A DNA stretch of 64,000 nt from Patescibacteria group bacterium (lineage in GTDB: Bacteria > Patescibacteriota > Patescibacteriia > Magasanikbacterales > GWA2-37-8), in the NCBI GenBank assembly GCA_041661385.1, contig JBAZUP010000001.1, forward strand, positions 81,692 to 145,691, written 5' to 3'. Under the pieces are notes generated by a model, which did no database searches, was not told the origin of the DNA, and was given only the letters and a program-made list of their open reading frames with translations. Positions 45,700-55,763 of the stretch are shown one piece after another. Both the position numbers and the translations under genes were made by a program. The first letter of the stretch is position 1, and each line of letters begins with the position of its first letter.

Positions 45700-46805
45700 A
45701 GAAACTTATTATAACATTAGAATATCCACCCCGAATTGGCGGCATTGCCTCCTATGTTTTTAATTTTCTTAGTCACGTAAATTCTGCAGAATATGTTTTG
45801 TATGCGCCAAAAAATACGGGCGCTAAGGAATTTGATTTAAAAAATCCCTGGCAAACCTATCGCTTTGATCCTTATTATCCGCTATGGCCGCATTGGCTAC
45901 GAATGTTTTTTCAAATTAGAAAAATAGTAAAAAAAGAAAAAATTTCCGAATTGCAAATTCATCATGTCTTGCCTTGTGGATATTTGGGTTGGATATTTTT
46001 AAAACTCTACAAAATTCCTTATTCAATTTTTTTGCACGGATCAGATGTAACAATTGGAACTAGGACTTCATGGAAAAAAAGAATGTTTACACTCGTTGTT
46101 CGAAATGCTTCGTCGGTTGTCGCTAATAGTCATTTTTTAGAAAATAAAATTAAACAACGAATTGAAAATCTTTCGAATGTTAAAGTTCTTTATCCGTGTC
46201 CAAATGATAATTTTTTAAAAAAGGTTCCCGAAGAACAGCTTGATGCATTACGGGATAAGTTGGCTTTGCGCGGTAAAAAAGTCGTTATTACGGTCAGTCG
46301 CATGGTAGACGGAAAGGGCTTTCCTCACATCATTCGATTGTTATCTGCGGTTTGCCGCGAAGTTCCAAATGTAGTTTGGTTTTTTATTGGTGATGGTCCC
46401 AAAAAACAGACGATAATGGATTTGGTGCAGAGATATTATTTGCAGAACGTGGTTAGGTTTTTAGGCGCAATACCAAATGAAGAGCTTCCGCAATATTTTC
46501 AAATTGCGGATTTGTTTGTATTGCTTTGCCACCAAGATGAAGAAGCAGAAGAAAGTTGGGGAAGTGTATTTTTGGAGGCGGCGGCGAGCGCGCTTCCTAC
46601 TGTTGCTGGTCGGGTCGGAGGAGTTGATGAAGCGGTGGAACATTTACGAACGGGACTCGTCGTTGATGTATACCAAGAAAAAATGGTTGTGAGTTCAATT
46701 GTGTCAATGTTAAAAAACGAAGCTTTTGCCAAGGAGTTAGGAAGATGGGGAAAAGACCGAGTGGAAAGAGATTTTCGTTGGGAAACTCAAATTTCCAAAT
46801 TATGA
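45696..46805 (+). CDS. glycosyltransferase family 4 (GT-B)
   Basis: C-terminal EAAASALPTVAGRVGGVDEAVEHLRTGLVVD (E-x7-E-like GT4 motif). Confidence 0.75.
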   Translation: MKKLIITLEYPPRIGGIASYVFNFLSHVNSAEYVLYAPKNTGAKEFDLKNPWQTYRFDPYYPLWPHWLRMFFQIRKIVKKEKISELQIHHVLPCGYLGWIFLKLYKIPYSIFLHGSDVTIGTRTSWKKRMFTLVVRNASSVVANSHFLENKIKQRIENLSNVKVLYPCPNDNFLKKVPEEQLDALRDKLALRGKKVVITVSRMVDGKGFPHIIRLLSAVCREVPNVVWFFIGDGPKKQTIMDLVQRYYLQNVVRFLGAIPNEELPQYFQIADLFVLLCHQDEEAEESWGSVFLEAAASALPTVAGRVGGVDEAVEHLRTGLVVDVYQEKMVVSSIVSMLKNEAFAKELGRWGKDRVERDFRWETQISKL

Positions 46806-47539
46806 AAAATAATTTAATTAGCGTTATTATACCGGTTTATAATCATGCTTTTAGATTGAAGGAATCATTAAGATCTCTAGCTAAGCAAACCTATAAAGAT
46901 CTGGAAGTTATAATTGTTGATGATGGCAGTACTGATAACTTTGATGAAGTGTTCCGTGAATTAAAAAACGACTCTGAAATTGCAAAATTAAATATTATTT
47001 TAATAAAACAAAATAATAAAGGCGCGCCTGCGGCTCGAAACAATGGTTTTGAAAAATCAAAAGGGGAGTATGTAATTTTTTGGGATGCCGATACTATCGG
47101 CCAGCCGGAAATGCTCGAAAAAATGATCAAGGCTTTGATTTTAAATGCGGGAGTATATTATGCCTATTCGCATTATAAATACGGTTGGAAAATTATAAAA
47201 TCTAGAAATTTTAACGAGGAAGCATTAAAGCAAATTAATTATATTGATACTACTTCACTTTTGCGTCGAGCGGCTTTTTTTCCGTTTGATGAAAGCTTGA
47301 AGCGATTTCAAGATTGGGATCTTTGGCTTACGTTGCTAGAAAATAATAAAACCGGGATTTTTATCCCGGAAGTTTTATATACGAAACAAATTCTTGGCCG
47401 TAGAGGTATAAGTGGTTGGTTGCCGAAATTTATTTATCGTTTACCAATTAAACTTCGTGCGGTGAAGGAGTATGAAAAGGCACTCGCGATTGTTCAGGCG
47501 AAACATGGTCTGGGTAGGCAAGTAAAAAAGCCAGCATAA
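46802..47539 (+). CDS. glycosyltransferase family 2
   Basis: ISVIIPVYN...IIVDDGSTDN...DADT GT2 motifs; ATGA overlap with upstream stop. Confidence 0.75.
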   Translation: MKNNLISVIIPVYNHAFRLKESLRSLAKQTYKDLEVIIVDDGSTDNFDEVFRELKNDSEIAKLNIILIKQNNKGAPAARNNGFEKSKGEYVIFWDADTIGQPEMLEKMIKALILNAGVYYAYSHYKYGWKIIKSRNFNEEALKQINYIDTTSLLRRAAFFPFDESLKRFQDWDLWLTLLENNKTGIFIPEVLYTKQILGRRGISGWLPKFIYRLPIKLRAVKEYEKALAIVQAKHGLGRQVKKPA

Positions 47540-48845
47540 TAAAACCAAACACATGGAATAATGCCGGGGAAGTAATATTAATAACCAGTAGTGAGATTAA
47601 CATAACAAACGGCCAGATCGGCTGTTTTTTTGTTTTTTTAAGGAGATAAAAAACAACTAGTATCCAGATACAAAAACCAAATAAGCCAAGTTCAGAAAGT
47701 ATTTCGAAATAACCCCAGTCATAATGGGGAGTGGTAATATTTTGTTTTAAGACTGGGCTAAAAACCGTAATAGTTGAGCCGAGGCCGCTTCCTAGCCAGG
47801 GGTGGACTTTAATTTGCTCAATAATTTTAGGAAGTAAAAGTAGCCGTGACAACGAACTTTCTTCGGAATTTGGAATAACAATACTTTGTAAACGTAAGCC
47901 AAAAACTTCTAAACCAAGACTTTTGCCGCCGCTTGAAATAAAAAATATCGATATAAAAATACTAAGAAATATAAGATAAATTGCCAGAACTGGTTTAAAG
48001 GATTTTTTAAAGCCCTCATAAAAAACCATTACCACAGTTCCGCAGATTAAACTTAGAATATATATTCTAGTCAGGTTGATTGCAAGAAGAAAAAGTAATG
48101 GAGTCGTAATAAGAATATATTTACGGAAGCTTGAAATTGTTAAAAAAATAAAATAAAGCATTACTGGCGCAAGTAGAAGCTGTTCGTTTAATACTAATCG
48201 AAAAAAATTGAACTCTACAAAAGTGATTTTGCCACCCGCTATATCGCGGAACCAGTGGTAATATGAATCCTGTAAAACAAAAAAACTCGTCCCAAAACCA
48301 ATAAATGTGAATAAGATAAAAAATGCCCCGCCACAAATTGCGGCCGTCATAATACTTCTGGCAGTTTTTATCCAAGCGGCATTTTGTAGCAAGTTAACGA
48401 GCGGAAAATAATATAATATAAATAAATACGGAGCAGAATCCGAAATAATTCGGCTAAAGTTATTACCAAAAATATATCCACGCCAAGCACCGACTGCGCC
48501 AACTAGTATGAGTAAATAAATTAATAGATTGCGCCCTTGAAATTTTAAAAAAAGCCTAAAATTTTGTAAAAAATATATCGTTAAAGATGCAAACAAAAGA
48601 ACGGACCTTAGAGAAATTGTTTCTATTTTAAAAAATGTGCCAGAACCGCCAACCAGGAGTTCGGTAAGAACAATAGTCCATCCTAGCAAATTCTTTTTAA
48701 AAATAAAAAAAGCGGCGGTGGTTAAAATTACGACTGAAACGATGGTGTTTATAGGGGTACCAGGAATAAAATAATACGAAAATAATCTTACACCAAAATA
48801 AAGCGCAAAAAAAATAGTAAATTCCCGATATTTCTTCATAATCAT
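47448..48845 (-). CDS. O-antigen polymerase/ligase-like polytopic membrane protein (Wzy-like)
   Basis: ~12 TM protein in glycan cluster; 3' end overlaps GT2 3' end by ~90 nt (true stop uncertain). Confidence 0.4.
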   Translation of the reverse strand: MIMKKYREFTIFFALYFGVRLFSYYFIPGTPINTIVSVVILTTAAFFIFKKNLLGWTIVLTELLVGGSGTFFKIETISLRSVLLFASLTIYFLQNFRLFLKFQGRNLLIYLLILVGAVGAWRGYIFGNNFSRIISDSAPYLFILYYFPLVNLLQNAAWIKTARSIMTAAICGGAFFILFTFIGFGTSFFVLQDSYYHWFRDIAGGKITFVEFNFFRLVLNEQLLLAPVMLYFIFLTISSFRKYILITTPLLFLLAINLTRIYILSLICGTVVMVFYEGFKKSFKPVLAIYLIFLSIFISIFFISSGGKSLGLEVFGLRLQSIVIPNSEESSLSRLLLLPKIIEQIKVHPWLGSGLGSTITVFSPVLKQNITTPHYDWGYFEILSELGLFGFCIWILVVFYLLKKTKKQPIWPFVMLISLLVINITSPALFHVFGFIMLAFLLAYPDHVSPEQSRVPFHTPSPHEV

Positions 48846-49756
48846 TTTAGCGTTGCTCCGTTAAAATTTTTATATCCAGCGATAAAATCTTTAGCTTGGA
48901 GTTTATTTTTCCCCTCTAGTTGAAGTTCTAAAATTTGAATAGATTTATTTCCGCAACCTACTATTATGGTGGAATCATTTATTTGGACTTTTCCCGGTTC
49001 AATTGAAATAGTAGCCGGAACAAGTTTGGTGATTTTGAGTCTTTTTTCGTTCCAGGTAGTCCAAACCCCCGGCCAAGGAGTAAGCCCTCGGTATAAATTG
49101 TAAATGGCTGCGGAGGGATTGATCCAGTTAATTTTTCCGTCCTCACGTAAAAATATTTTACAAAAAGTCGCTTTTGAGTGATTTTGTTCGACCGGAGTAA
49201 TTTTGCCATCCTGTAATTCGGAGATAGTGTTTACAAGCAGGTTAGCAGCCACCGGTTGCATTTTCGTTAAAAGCTCATTATAGGTGTCGTCTTTATCGAT
49301 TGTTATAGTTGCTTGCTTTAGAATTGCGCCGTGGTCCATTTTTTCATCCATTTGCATAATAGTTATGCCAGTCTCTTCTTCACCGTTTATAATAGCGCTT
49401 TGAACAGGGGAGGCGCCTCGAAATTTTGGCAAAAGAGAGGTATGAACATTTATCGTTGGCATTTTACTATGCGATAGAACTGTTTTAGGAATAATTAATC
49501 CGTATTCGCAGACGACGATAAGATCGCAAGGGTAATTGTTTAGATTAAAATCTTTCAAGTTTTCGGGTTGGACAACTTTAACTTGATGTTTTTTAGCAAG
49601 GATTTTTACAGCGGATTCGTTAAGCTGTTGACTTCGCCCAATCGGTCGATCGGGCTGAGTTATGACAAGGCCAATTTTATGTCCATAATTAAAAAGAGCG
49701 TCCAACATTGCCGCCCCGAATTCACCGGTACCAAAAAAAATTATATCAGTTTTCAT
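48842..49756 (-). CDS. fmt: methionyl-tRNA formyltransferase
   Basis: N-terminal IIFFGTGEFGAAML and formyltransferase core, def neighbour. Confidence 0.9.
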   Translation of the reverse strand: MKTDIIFFGTGEFGAAMLDALFNYGHKIGLVITQPDRPIGRSQQLNESAVKILAKKHQVKVVQPENLKDFNLNNYPCDLIVVCEYGLIIPKTVLSHSKMPTINVHTSLLPKFRGASPVQSAIINGEEETGITIMQMDEKMDHGAILKQATITIDKDDTYNELLTKMQPVAANLLVNTISELQDGKITPVEQNHSKATFCKIFLREDGKINWINPSAAIYNLYRGLTPWPGVWTTWNEKRLKITKLVPATISIEPGKVQINDSTIIVGCGNKSIQILELQLEGKNKLQAKDFIAGYKNFNGATLK

Positions 49757-49757
49757 A

Positions 49758-50240
49758 CTATTCTACTTGATGCAGCTTAGTTGCGCCTTCGACGTAAAGG
49801 TGGCCGTTTAAATGGTCAACCTCATGTTGGATAATTCTTGCGAAAAAATCTTCCGCAATAAATTCAATTTTTTTACCATATTTATCCAAACCGGAAACAA
49901 GAATTTTTGAGTAGCGTTTTTTTAGACCGTACATTTTCGGTACCGAAAGACAGCCTTCTTCATCCGTTTGTTTGTGAATAGATAATTTCTTCCAGGTCGG
50001 GTTGAACAAAGCCAAATCTTCATGCTCATTAAGATCGTTGTATGTTTTAATGAGTGTAAACAACTGGATCGGTTTACCAACTTGCACGGCGGCAAGCCCA
50101 ACACCGTTTTTTACATACATCGTTTCAATCATGTCCTTAATAAATTTTTGCATGTTTCGCGATGTAATTTCTTCGGGTAAAACCGGCGCACTTGGCAAAT
50201 GAAGCATTTTTTCTGGTTCAAAAACAATATCGTAGACCAT
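49758..50240 (-). CDS. def: peptide deformylase
   Basis: GVGLAAVQVG, EGCLSVP, HEVDHLNG motifs. Confidence 0.9.
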   Translation of the reverse strand: MVYDIVFEPEKMLHLPSAPVLPEEITSRNMQKFIKDMIETMYVKNGVGLAAVQVGKPIQLFTLIKTYNDLNEHEDLALFNPTWKKLSIHKQTDEEGCLSVPKMYGLKKRYSKILVSGLDKYGKKIEFIAEDFFARIIQHEVDHLNGHLYVEGATKLHQVE

Positions 50241-50242
50241 AT

Positions 50243-52114
50243 TTATAGACTAAGAAGATTTATCGGGTTAGGATCGGCTTTCCAATTGTCGGGGGTTATT
50301 TCAAGAATATGTTTAAGTGATTTTTTATAGTTTTTATAAGATAGCTTGATTATTATGGCCTGTGAGTATTTTCCCTTAATAATAGGAGGAAATATGCTAA
50401 CCGGCGAGTTTATTTTAATATCTGGGGAGTTTTTAGTCAATTGTTGGAGGTTTTGGTAGAACTTGCGGCATTCTTTATCCAGATTTCCGGCATTCTCATC
50501 TGATAAGAATAATTTTAGCAAAAATTTAAAAGGCGGATAGCCAAATAATTTTCTTTCGGCAAGTTCTCGATCGTAAAAAAGCTGCGGAGAATTAAGATAT
50601 TCATATACCGGATGATCAGAGTGGCGAGTTTGAATATACAGAGAGGACTGTTCTGGAAGTCTAAATATCGCATCATGAATAGAAAACCACAAATTTTCGC
50701 TGCCAAGATACTCAGGCGTATAAAGCGGGGTATCCGCATCCATCATAGCCATTACCGAAATATTATTCCAGTTTAAATATGACCAAGCAAACTGGGTGCC
50801 AATAATAACGCGATCTTTGTTGTCATTAAAAGTGTCTAGATCAAAAATATCTTTATCAATTTCTAAAATTTCACGCTTTTCATCCGGAAATAATTTCTTA
50901 TATTCAGCGGCGATTCCCGAGGTTCCAGCTCCGTAAAACGCTAAATTTGTTCCTTTGCATTCCGAACAGGTTGGGTTCATGGCAGTTTTAGTGTTGCAAT
51001 GGTGACAGCGTAATTCGCTAAATTTTTCATAGTATATATATGGGCGCGAACATACGTTGCATTTTAGCACTTTGGCACAATCGCGGCAGGAAACGTAAGA
51101 AGCGCTGCCGCGCCTGTTGCAGTATAAAAAAATACTTCCCGTTTTGTTATTATTAATTTCGTCCTGGAGAGGCAAACTAAAGTTGCTAAAGTTTTTAGCT
51201 CGGAATTCCTGTTTCATATTAATTACCGATGGCAAACGTTTTATCCCGGGAAGTTTTTCATCAAAAAAAGAGTAGACATCATTCGTAGCAAAATAGAATT
51301 CTTCCACAGAAGGAGTGTGGGAAATAAGCGACAAGTGGGCGCCCAAATGTTTGGCTAAAATTAGCGCGGCATCTTTGGAATTAAATCTTGGCGCGGCATC
51401 CCAGCTCTTGTGTCCAAAATGAAAAGATTGATCGATAATTATTTCAGTCAAAGAAAAATAAGATAAAAAGATAGTATTTCTAGTACCGATAATTATTTTG
51501 GTTTCACCGTTCCAAATTCCAAGCCATTTTTCAAACATTTCTTTTTCGGAAATTTGGCTAGTATAAATTGTTGTTAGGTCGCGTAATTTTTTCGGAAGAG
51601 ATTCATAAAGTTTATCAGCGTCAGAAATTTCCGGCACGATAATTAGAGTTTGTTTGGTTAAATCAATTTTATCCTCAATGAATTTAAGCTTGGCTTCGAT
51701 ATCTTTATATATAAAAACAGCCGGTTTGCCAAATTTGGTATCTGAGATAGGAAAAACCGGAAGGTCAGCAGGTAGTTTTTCCAGTTTGCGTTTTTTTAAA
51801 GGTAGCAGGCCAGTTTTAATGAGGCTGCCTAGCGAACAATGATAAAGAGCACCGATTTCAATGAAAAAATTAATTATCGGTGCGTTGAAAAATGGTTTAT
51901 TATGAACGATAGAAGTTATTTCTTTGATTTTAGCAAATTGTGAAGTATTATTTTCGATTAGATTAATTACGATTCCAAACTCTTCTTTTTTTCTTAATGG
52001 AATCTTAACCAGTTGACCAATTTTTATAGCTTTAGTGGATTTTTCAGGAACCAGATAATCAAAAAAGGGAAGCGAAATCGCCCCCCGCTTTACTGGTACA
52101 ACCTGCGCAATCAT
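50243..52114 (-). CDS. priA: primosomal protein N' (PriA) with degenerate helicase motifs
   Basis: N-terminal 3'BD-like, C-terminal Cys4-Cys4 zinc region (CRDCAKVLKCNVC...CHHCNT...CSECKG); Walker A replaced by FGKPAVFIY and DExH by DQSFH. Confidence 0.7.
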   Translation of the reverse strand: MIAQVVPVKRGAISLPFFDYLVPEKSTKAIKIGQLVKIPLRKKEEFGIVINLIENNTSQFAKIKEITSIVHNKPFFNAPIINFFIEIGALYHCSLGSLIKTGLLPLKKRKLEKLPADLPVFPISDTKFGKPAVFIYKDIEAKLKFIEDKIDLTKQTLIIVPEISDADKLYESLPKKLRDLTTIYTSQISEKEMFEKWLGIWNGETKIIIGTRNTIFLSYFSLTEIIIDQSFHFGHKSWDAAPRFNSKDAALILAKHLGAHLSLISHTPSVEEFYFATNDVYSFFDEKLPGIKRLPSVINMKQEFRAKNFSNFSLPLQDEINNNKTGSIFLYCNRRGSASYVSCRDCAKVLKCNVCSRPYIYYEKFSELRCHHCNTKTAMNPTCSECKGTNLAFYGAGTSGIAAEYKKLFPDEKREILEIDKDIFDLDTFNDNKDRVIIGTQFAWSYLNWNNISVMAMMDADTPLYTPEYLGSENLWFSIHDAIFRLPEQSSLYIQTRHSDHPVYEYLNSPQLFYDRELAERKLFGYPPFKFLLKLFLSDENAGNLDKECRKFYQNLQQLTKNSPDIKINSPVSIFPPIIKGKYSQAIIIKLSYKNYKKSLKHILEITPDNWKADPNPINLLSL

Positions 52115-52124
52115 AGTTCGTTAT

Positions 52125-52919
52125 TTATAAAACAAAATTAGCAGTAAGATAACCAACTCCGAATGGGCTTTCGTATGAATAAGATTCATAACGATAGTTT
52201 ACATCTCGTAGAACGCCCATCAAAATAAGAAACGATCGGAATCCGCATTCTACCGCATCATTGATAATATCATTTTCTAAAGTTAATAATCCAGCGGTGT
52301 TATGAGAGATAAAAAATTCTTGAATTTTACTGTCAAAGATTGCTCCATTTTTATGAAAACCAGCCGGCGCATCACTGCTAAGACAATGAGATAAATCACC
52401 AGAAGCGATAACCGCGATGCGTTTATTTGATTTCATTATTTGATCTTTCATTAAATAACCAAATTCCAAATGATTTTTACTATCAAGTCCAGATTGGCTG
52501 ACCGGTAAAATTTTTACATTTGGAAGGTGTTTGGTTAAATAATACAGCGGCACTACTGTTCCATGGTCAAGCAGTGGTTCATTTACAATAACAATTTTGT
52601 GATGGTCGTTTTTGTATGATTCGGAGCGAATTGTATAAGGAAGTTGAGTTTCTCCAGTAAAAGATAGATTTGTTGTAAGATCTCCGAACTGGCGTAAATC
52701 GCTCTCAAATTTTTGAGATAGATTTAAGGAAAACGCATCATTAAATTGGTGGCTATGCGGAGAAATTATAACAATTATTTCCGGTCTCGATAGATACAAA
52801 TCTTCTTCAAGTTTTTCAATCGCAATTTTTGTGCGTTGGATTTTTTTTATAGCACCTTTGCCGATTGCCGGAATAAGCAACGGTGGGTGAGGGGAGATAG
52901 CAGCAAATACTAGTGACAT
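52125..52919 (-). CDS. MEMO1-family protein (AmmeMemoRadiSam system protein B-like)
   Basis: AAISPHPPLL, IISPHSH, DHGTVVPLYYL, GDLSHC match Memo-like conserved His blocks. Confidence 0.5.
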   Translation of the reverse strand: MSLVFAAISPHPPLLIPAIGKGAIKKIQRTKIAIEKLEEDLYLSRPEIIVIISPHSHQFNDAFSLNLSQKFESDLRQFGDLTTNLSFTGETQLPYTIRSESYKNDHHKIVIVNEPLLDHGTVVPLYYLTKHLPNVKILPVSQSGLDSKNHLEFGYLMKDQIMKSNKRIAVIASGDLSHCLSSDAPAGFHKNGAIFDSKIQEFFISHNTAGLLTLENDIINDAVECGFRSFLILMGVLRDVNYRYESYSYESPFGVGYLTANFVL

Positions 52920-52923
52920 AAAA

Positions 52924-55173
52924 TTACTTGGAAGTTAAAATTATTTTATTTTTAGAAACCCACTCGGCAATTTTATGTGGCTCTTCAAAGCGTTTTTCAT
53001 AATTGGAATTTCCAAGGGTTATAACTACGTATTGTTTTTTTGTTTTTTTTGCTTCGATTAGCATTACCAGAACCGCTTTTGCTTCATCGGTATAACCGGT
53101 TTTTGTAGCAAGTATTTTATAACTACGTTTTGCAAAAGGAACATTTTTTATAATCTGATTGGTGTTTAAATAGGAATGTGAATAGACGCGGTCTTTTGAG
53201 GAAAGTTCAGTATAGCGATAAGATGGACTTGAGAGCGCATCTTTAATGTCTTTGTTTTGTAATACTTTGGTGAATATTTTTAATAGATCTCGAGCGGTTG
53301 ATTTGTTTCCTTCGCCAAGACCGGTAACGTCAGCAATGGTTGTATAGTCCGCACCCCAGTCTTCAAGGCGTTGATTAATTTTTTTTATTAAACCAACTTC
53401 GTCAGTAGTTGAGTTGCCCGCAACCAGTCGGGCAGCGCTATTATCCGAAGCGACCAGCATCGTGTAAAACATGTCCTTATTTCTGACTTTATCGCCGTCT
53501 TTAAGTTTAAGGGAATTACTTACACTTTCGTACTTGTTTTTACTGTAAATCGTTGAATTTGCCAGCTTAAAGTTATTCTGTAAAGCTTCGTAAGCAGTCA
53601 AAAGCTTTGTAACCGAAGCGATAGGCTGCCTGGTATCGATATTCTTTCCTGATATTATACGCCCACTAGGAAATTCAGCAACCAGATATGCGGCAGAAGC
53701 AGCTTTGCCATATTGATCAGGTATTTGTACTTCGCTGTCGCCTAAGTATTTACTGCTGGCAGATTTAAGATTATTATTGACGAAAATTCGTTCACCGGAA
53801 AAAATTACAGCGGCGGTACGTACATCGACGGTTAAAATATTGGAACGCTTATAGCCCAGCGCGAGAAAAGTATCATCATCAGCGAGGGGTCTTTTTTTAC
53901 CATTTTCAATAACGTAAACAATATTACTATCTTTGGTTTGAAGCAAGGTTCCGTCGGCAAAACCGATTAATGTGCTAGTAATCATTTCAGAATTGAATTC
54001 TTTCATTTTATGCCGCTCCGTAGGAATGTTTTTAAAATTAGTTTGAACAACCGCGGGGTCGGTAAGCGGGAATAAAACATTATCTTTGTAATAATAATAA
54101 ATATTAGGAACTAAATCAGTAATTTTGACTATTATACCTTGAGGGGCTGTGGTAGAAGCGGTGATTGATTGTCCAAGTTTATAACCTATAATATCGGCAG
54201 ACTGAACATCAATTAACTCGTCCGGATTAAAACCAAGTGATCTTACTACTGACTCAGATTCAAATGGCCTAAGAGTATCATAATCAAGTAAATAAGTAGT
54301 AGCGCCATCATTTAATAATGAGTAATTAGGAAAAGCAATTTCTGGTCCGGTGGTGTAATTTTGTAAATCGGATTCATCGACTTTAATTGCCAGCTTTGGG
54401 TCAAGCCGAGTAATGAGAGCGGTTTTACTTTTGAAATGACGCTTGAAGCCGTTATCGATGAGCCAGTATTCTGAAGAACTTGATGACTGTAAAAGTGTTC
54501 CGTTTGGGAACAACTGAGAAAACCAAGTATTCCAAATTCGCCAAAAATTTGAATTTCCGTGTAAATGTGGAGTGTAGGTATAAAGAAAAGCCGTCGCCCA
54601 TGAACCCGGCGTAACATCCATTTCATCAATTCGAATTGGCGTATCCTTTTTTTTAACTATTCCATTGCTATTATTTTCATAATACCAGCGAATGATGCCG
54701 GCGGCGCCATCTACTTGTTTTCCAAAACCCTTAAATTTTTGGACTCGCGGATCATTAATGTAACAACCATCGCAAACTGCATATCCGGTTGCCCAATCTA
54801 ATTGTCTTTGGCTTGGAGTATCATCTGTAATAAGGCTTTGTTCTTTTTGAAGAGTTACTAATAAAAATTTAGGATTAATCTGATAGGCCTGCGAAGCGTC
54901 AAAAATTATATTAGCGGCGCTTTTTTGGGTGCCAAAGGTATCAACAAATAAACCGGTTCGTAAATAACTACCCTTAGAATCCAAAAAATTTTGAATTTCA
55001 GAAGTGTCCATACTTTGGAAGTCTTGCATTTCTGGATCGGAAATAATAAAGGAAGGATTAAAATTTGATTCCGCTCGAGCGGGAATCGCAAAAGCAAAAA
55101 CTCCCACCGATAACAGTAAAATTTTGCTCAGAAAGTCATTCATACAGTGATAATTATAGCATAAATATTTCAA
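52924..55173 (-). CDS. secreted protein with C-terminal D-alanyl-D-alanine carboxypeptidase (peptidase S11, PBP5-like) domain
   Basis: signal peptide; C-terminal SxxK motif ASVTKLLT, SDN-like and KTG motifs; ~450-aa N-terminal region unknown. Confidence 0.7.
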   Translation of the reverse strand: MKYLCYNYHCMNDFLSKILLLSVGVFAFAIPARAESNFNPSFIISDPEMQDFQSMDTSEIQNFLDSKGSYLRTGLFVDTFGTQKSAANIIFDASQAYQINPKFLLVTLQKEQSLITDDTPSQRQLDWATGYAVCDGCYINDPRVQKFKGFGKQVDGAAGIIRWYYENNSNGIVKKKDTPIRIDEMDVTPGSWATAFLYTYTPHLHGNSNFWRIWNTWFSQLFPNGTLLQSSSSSEYWLIDNGFKRHFKSKTALITRLDPKLAIKVDESDLQNYTTGPEIAFPNYSLLNDGATTYLLDYDTLRPFESESVVRSLGFNPDELIDVQSADIIGYKLGQSITASTTAPQGIIVKITDLVPNIYYYYKDNVLFPLTDPAVVQTNFKNIPTERHKMKEFNSEMITSTLIGFADGTLLQTKDSNIVYVIENGKKRPLADDDTFLALGYKRSNILTVDVRTAAVIFSGERIFVNNNLKSASSKYLGDSEVQIPDQYGKAASAAYLVAEFPSGRIISGKNIDTRQPIASVTKLLTAYEALQNNFKLANSTIYSKNKYESVSNSLKLKDGDKVRNKDMFYTMLVASDNSAARLVAGNSTTDEVGLIKKINQRLEDWGADYTTIADVTGLGEGNKSTARDLLKIFTKVLQNKDIKDALSSPSYRYTELSSKDRVYSHSYLNTNQIIKNVPFAKRSYKILATKTGYTDEAKAVLVMLIEAKKTKKQYVVITLGNSNYEKRFEEPHKIAEWVSKNKIILTSK

Positions 55174-55198
55174 TAGTTAAAGTAATGAAGAATGCTAA

Positions 55199-55230
55199 TA
55201 ATTAAGAAGCCCGCCTCAATTGAGGCGGGC
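55199..55230 (-). terminator. intrinsic terminator (minus strand)
   Basis: gcccgcctca..tgaggcgggc followed on minus strand by U-rich tract. Confidence 0.55.
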
Positions 55231-55250
55231 TAAAAAGACGGTCGGAACCG

Positions 55251-55763
55251 TCAGGAAAGAGCGGATGTGCCGAGAAACCAGGCATTGTCTGGCCATTGAA
55301 TTCCATAGTAACTCTTTTTGAGATACAGAAAGTTACCATCTTCGGCGGAGCGAAGGAAGGAAGCAAATGGTGTTCGGTTGAACACAAATTTGGTATCTGG
55401 GCAGACCAGGAGGCCAAGTTTTGTTACGAATCCGGGGGACTCGATTGCCGCATCAGCAAGGTTGCAAAAGTTTGCCGGTGCAATTTCCAGAGAACGCAAC
55501 TTGTCTAGCGCAGCTTCGATTGTCATTCCTCGACCAAAATTTACCGCGATTAACTCGATCAGCTTGGGCTGCTGATATTTGGGAAGAACGTAATTCAAAA
55601 GCGCGCTAGTGCTGAATATTGGGTCATAGACGACCCTTGCGTTATGTAGTCGGACATAGTATGCCGAAACGTTACGCATTGGGCAGAAACGAACAAGCGT
55701 CGATTCGATTGAAATGGTTTCCTTTTCAAAAGAAGGTTGCGCGAAGCCGTTACCGTGACTCAT
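55251..55763 (-). CDS. hypothetical protein (GC-rich, GGAGG SD)
   Basis: tool ORF trimmed to MSHGNGFA with GGAGG 8 nt upstream; ~47% GC. Confidence 0.4.
   Translation of the reverse strand: MSHGNGFAQPSFEKETISIESTLVRFCPMRNVSAYYVRLHNARVVYDPIFSTSALLNYVLPKYQQPKLIELIAVNFGRGMTIEAALDKLRSLEIAPANFCNLADAAIESPGFVTKLGLLVCPDTKFVFNRTPFASFLRSAEDGNFLYLKKSYYGIQWPDNAWFLGTSALS

Noticed and set aside
47448-47539. ~90-nt convergent overlap between GT2 and Wzy-like gene 3' ends
   Set aside because: Probably one C-terminal tail is over-extended in the ORF track; not evidence of a distinct feature.
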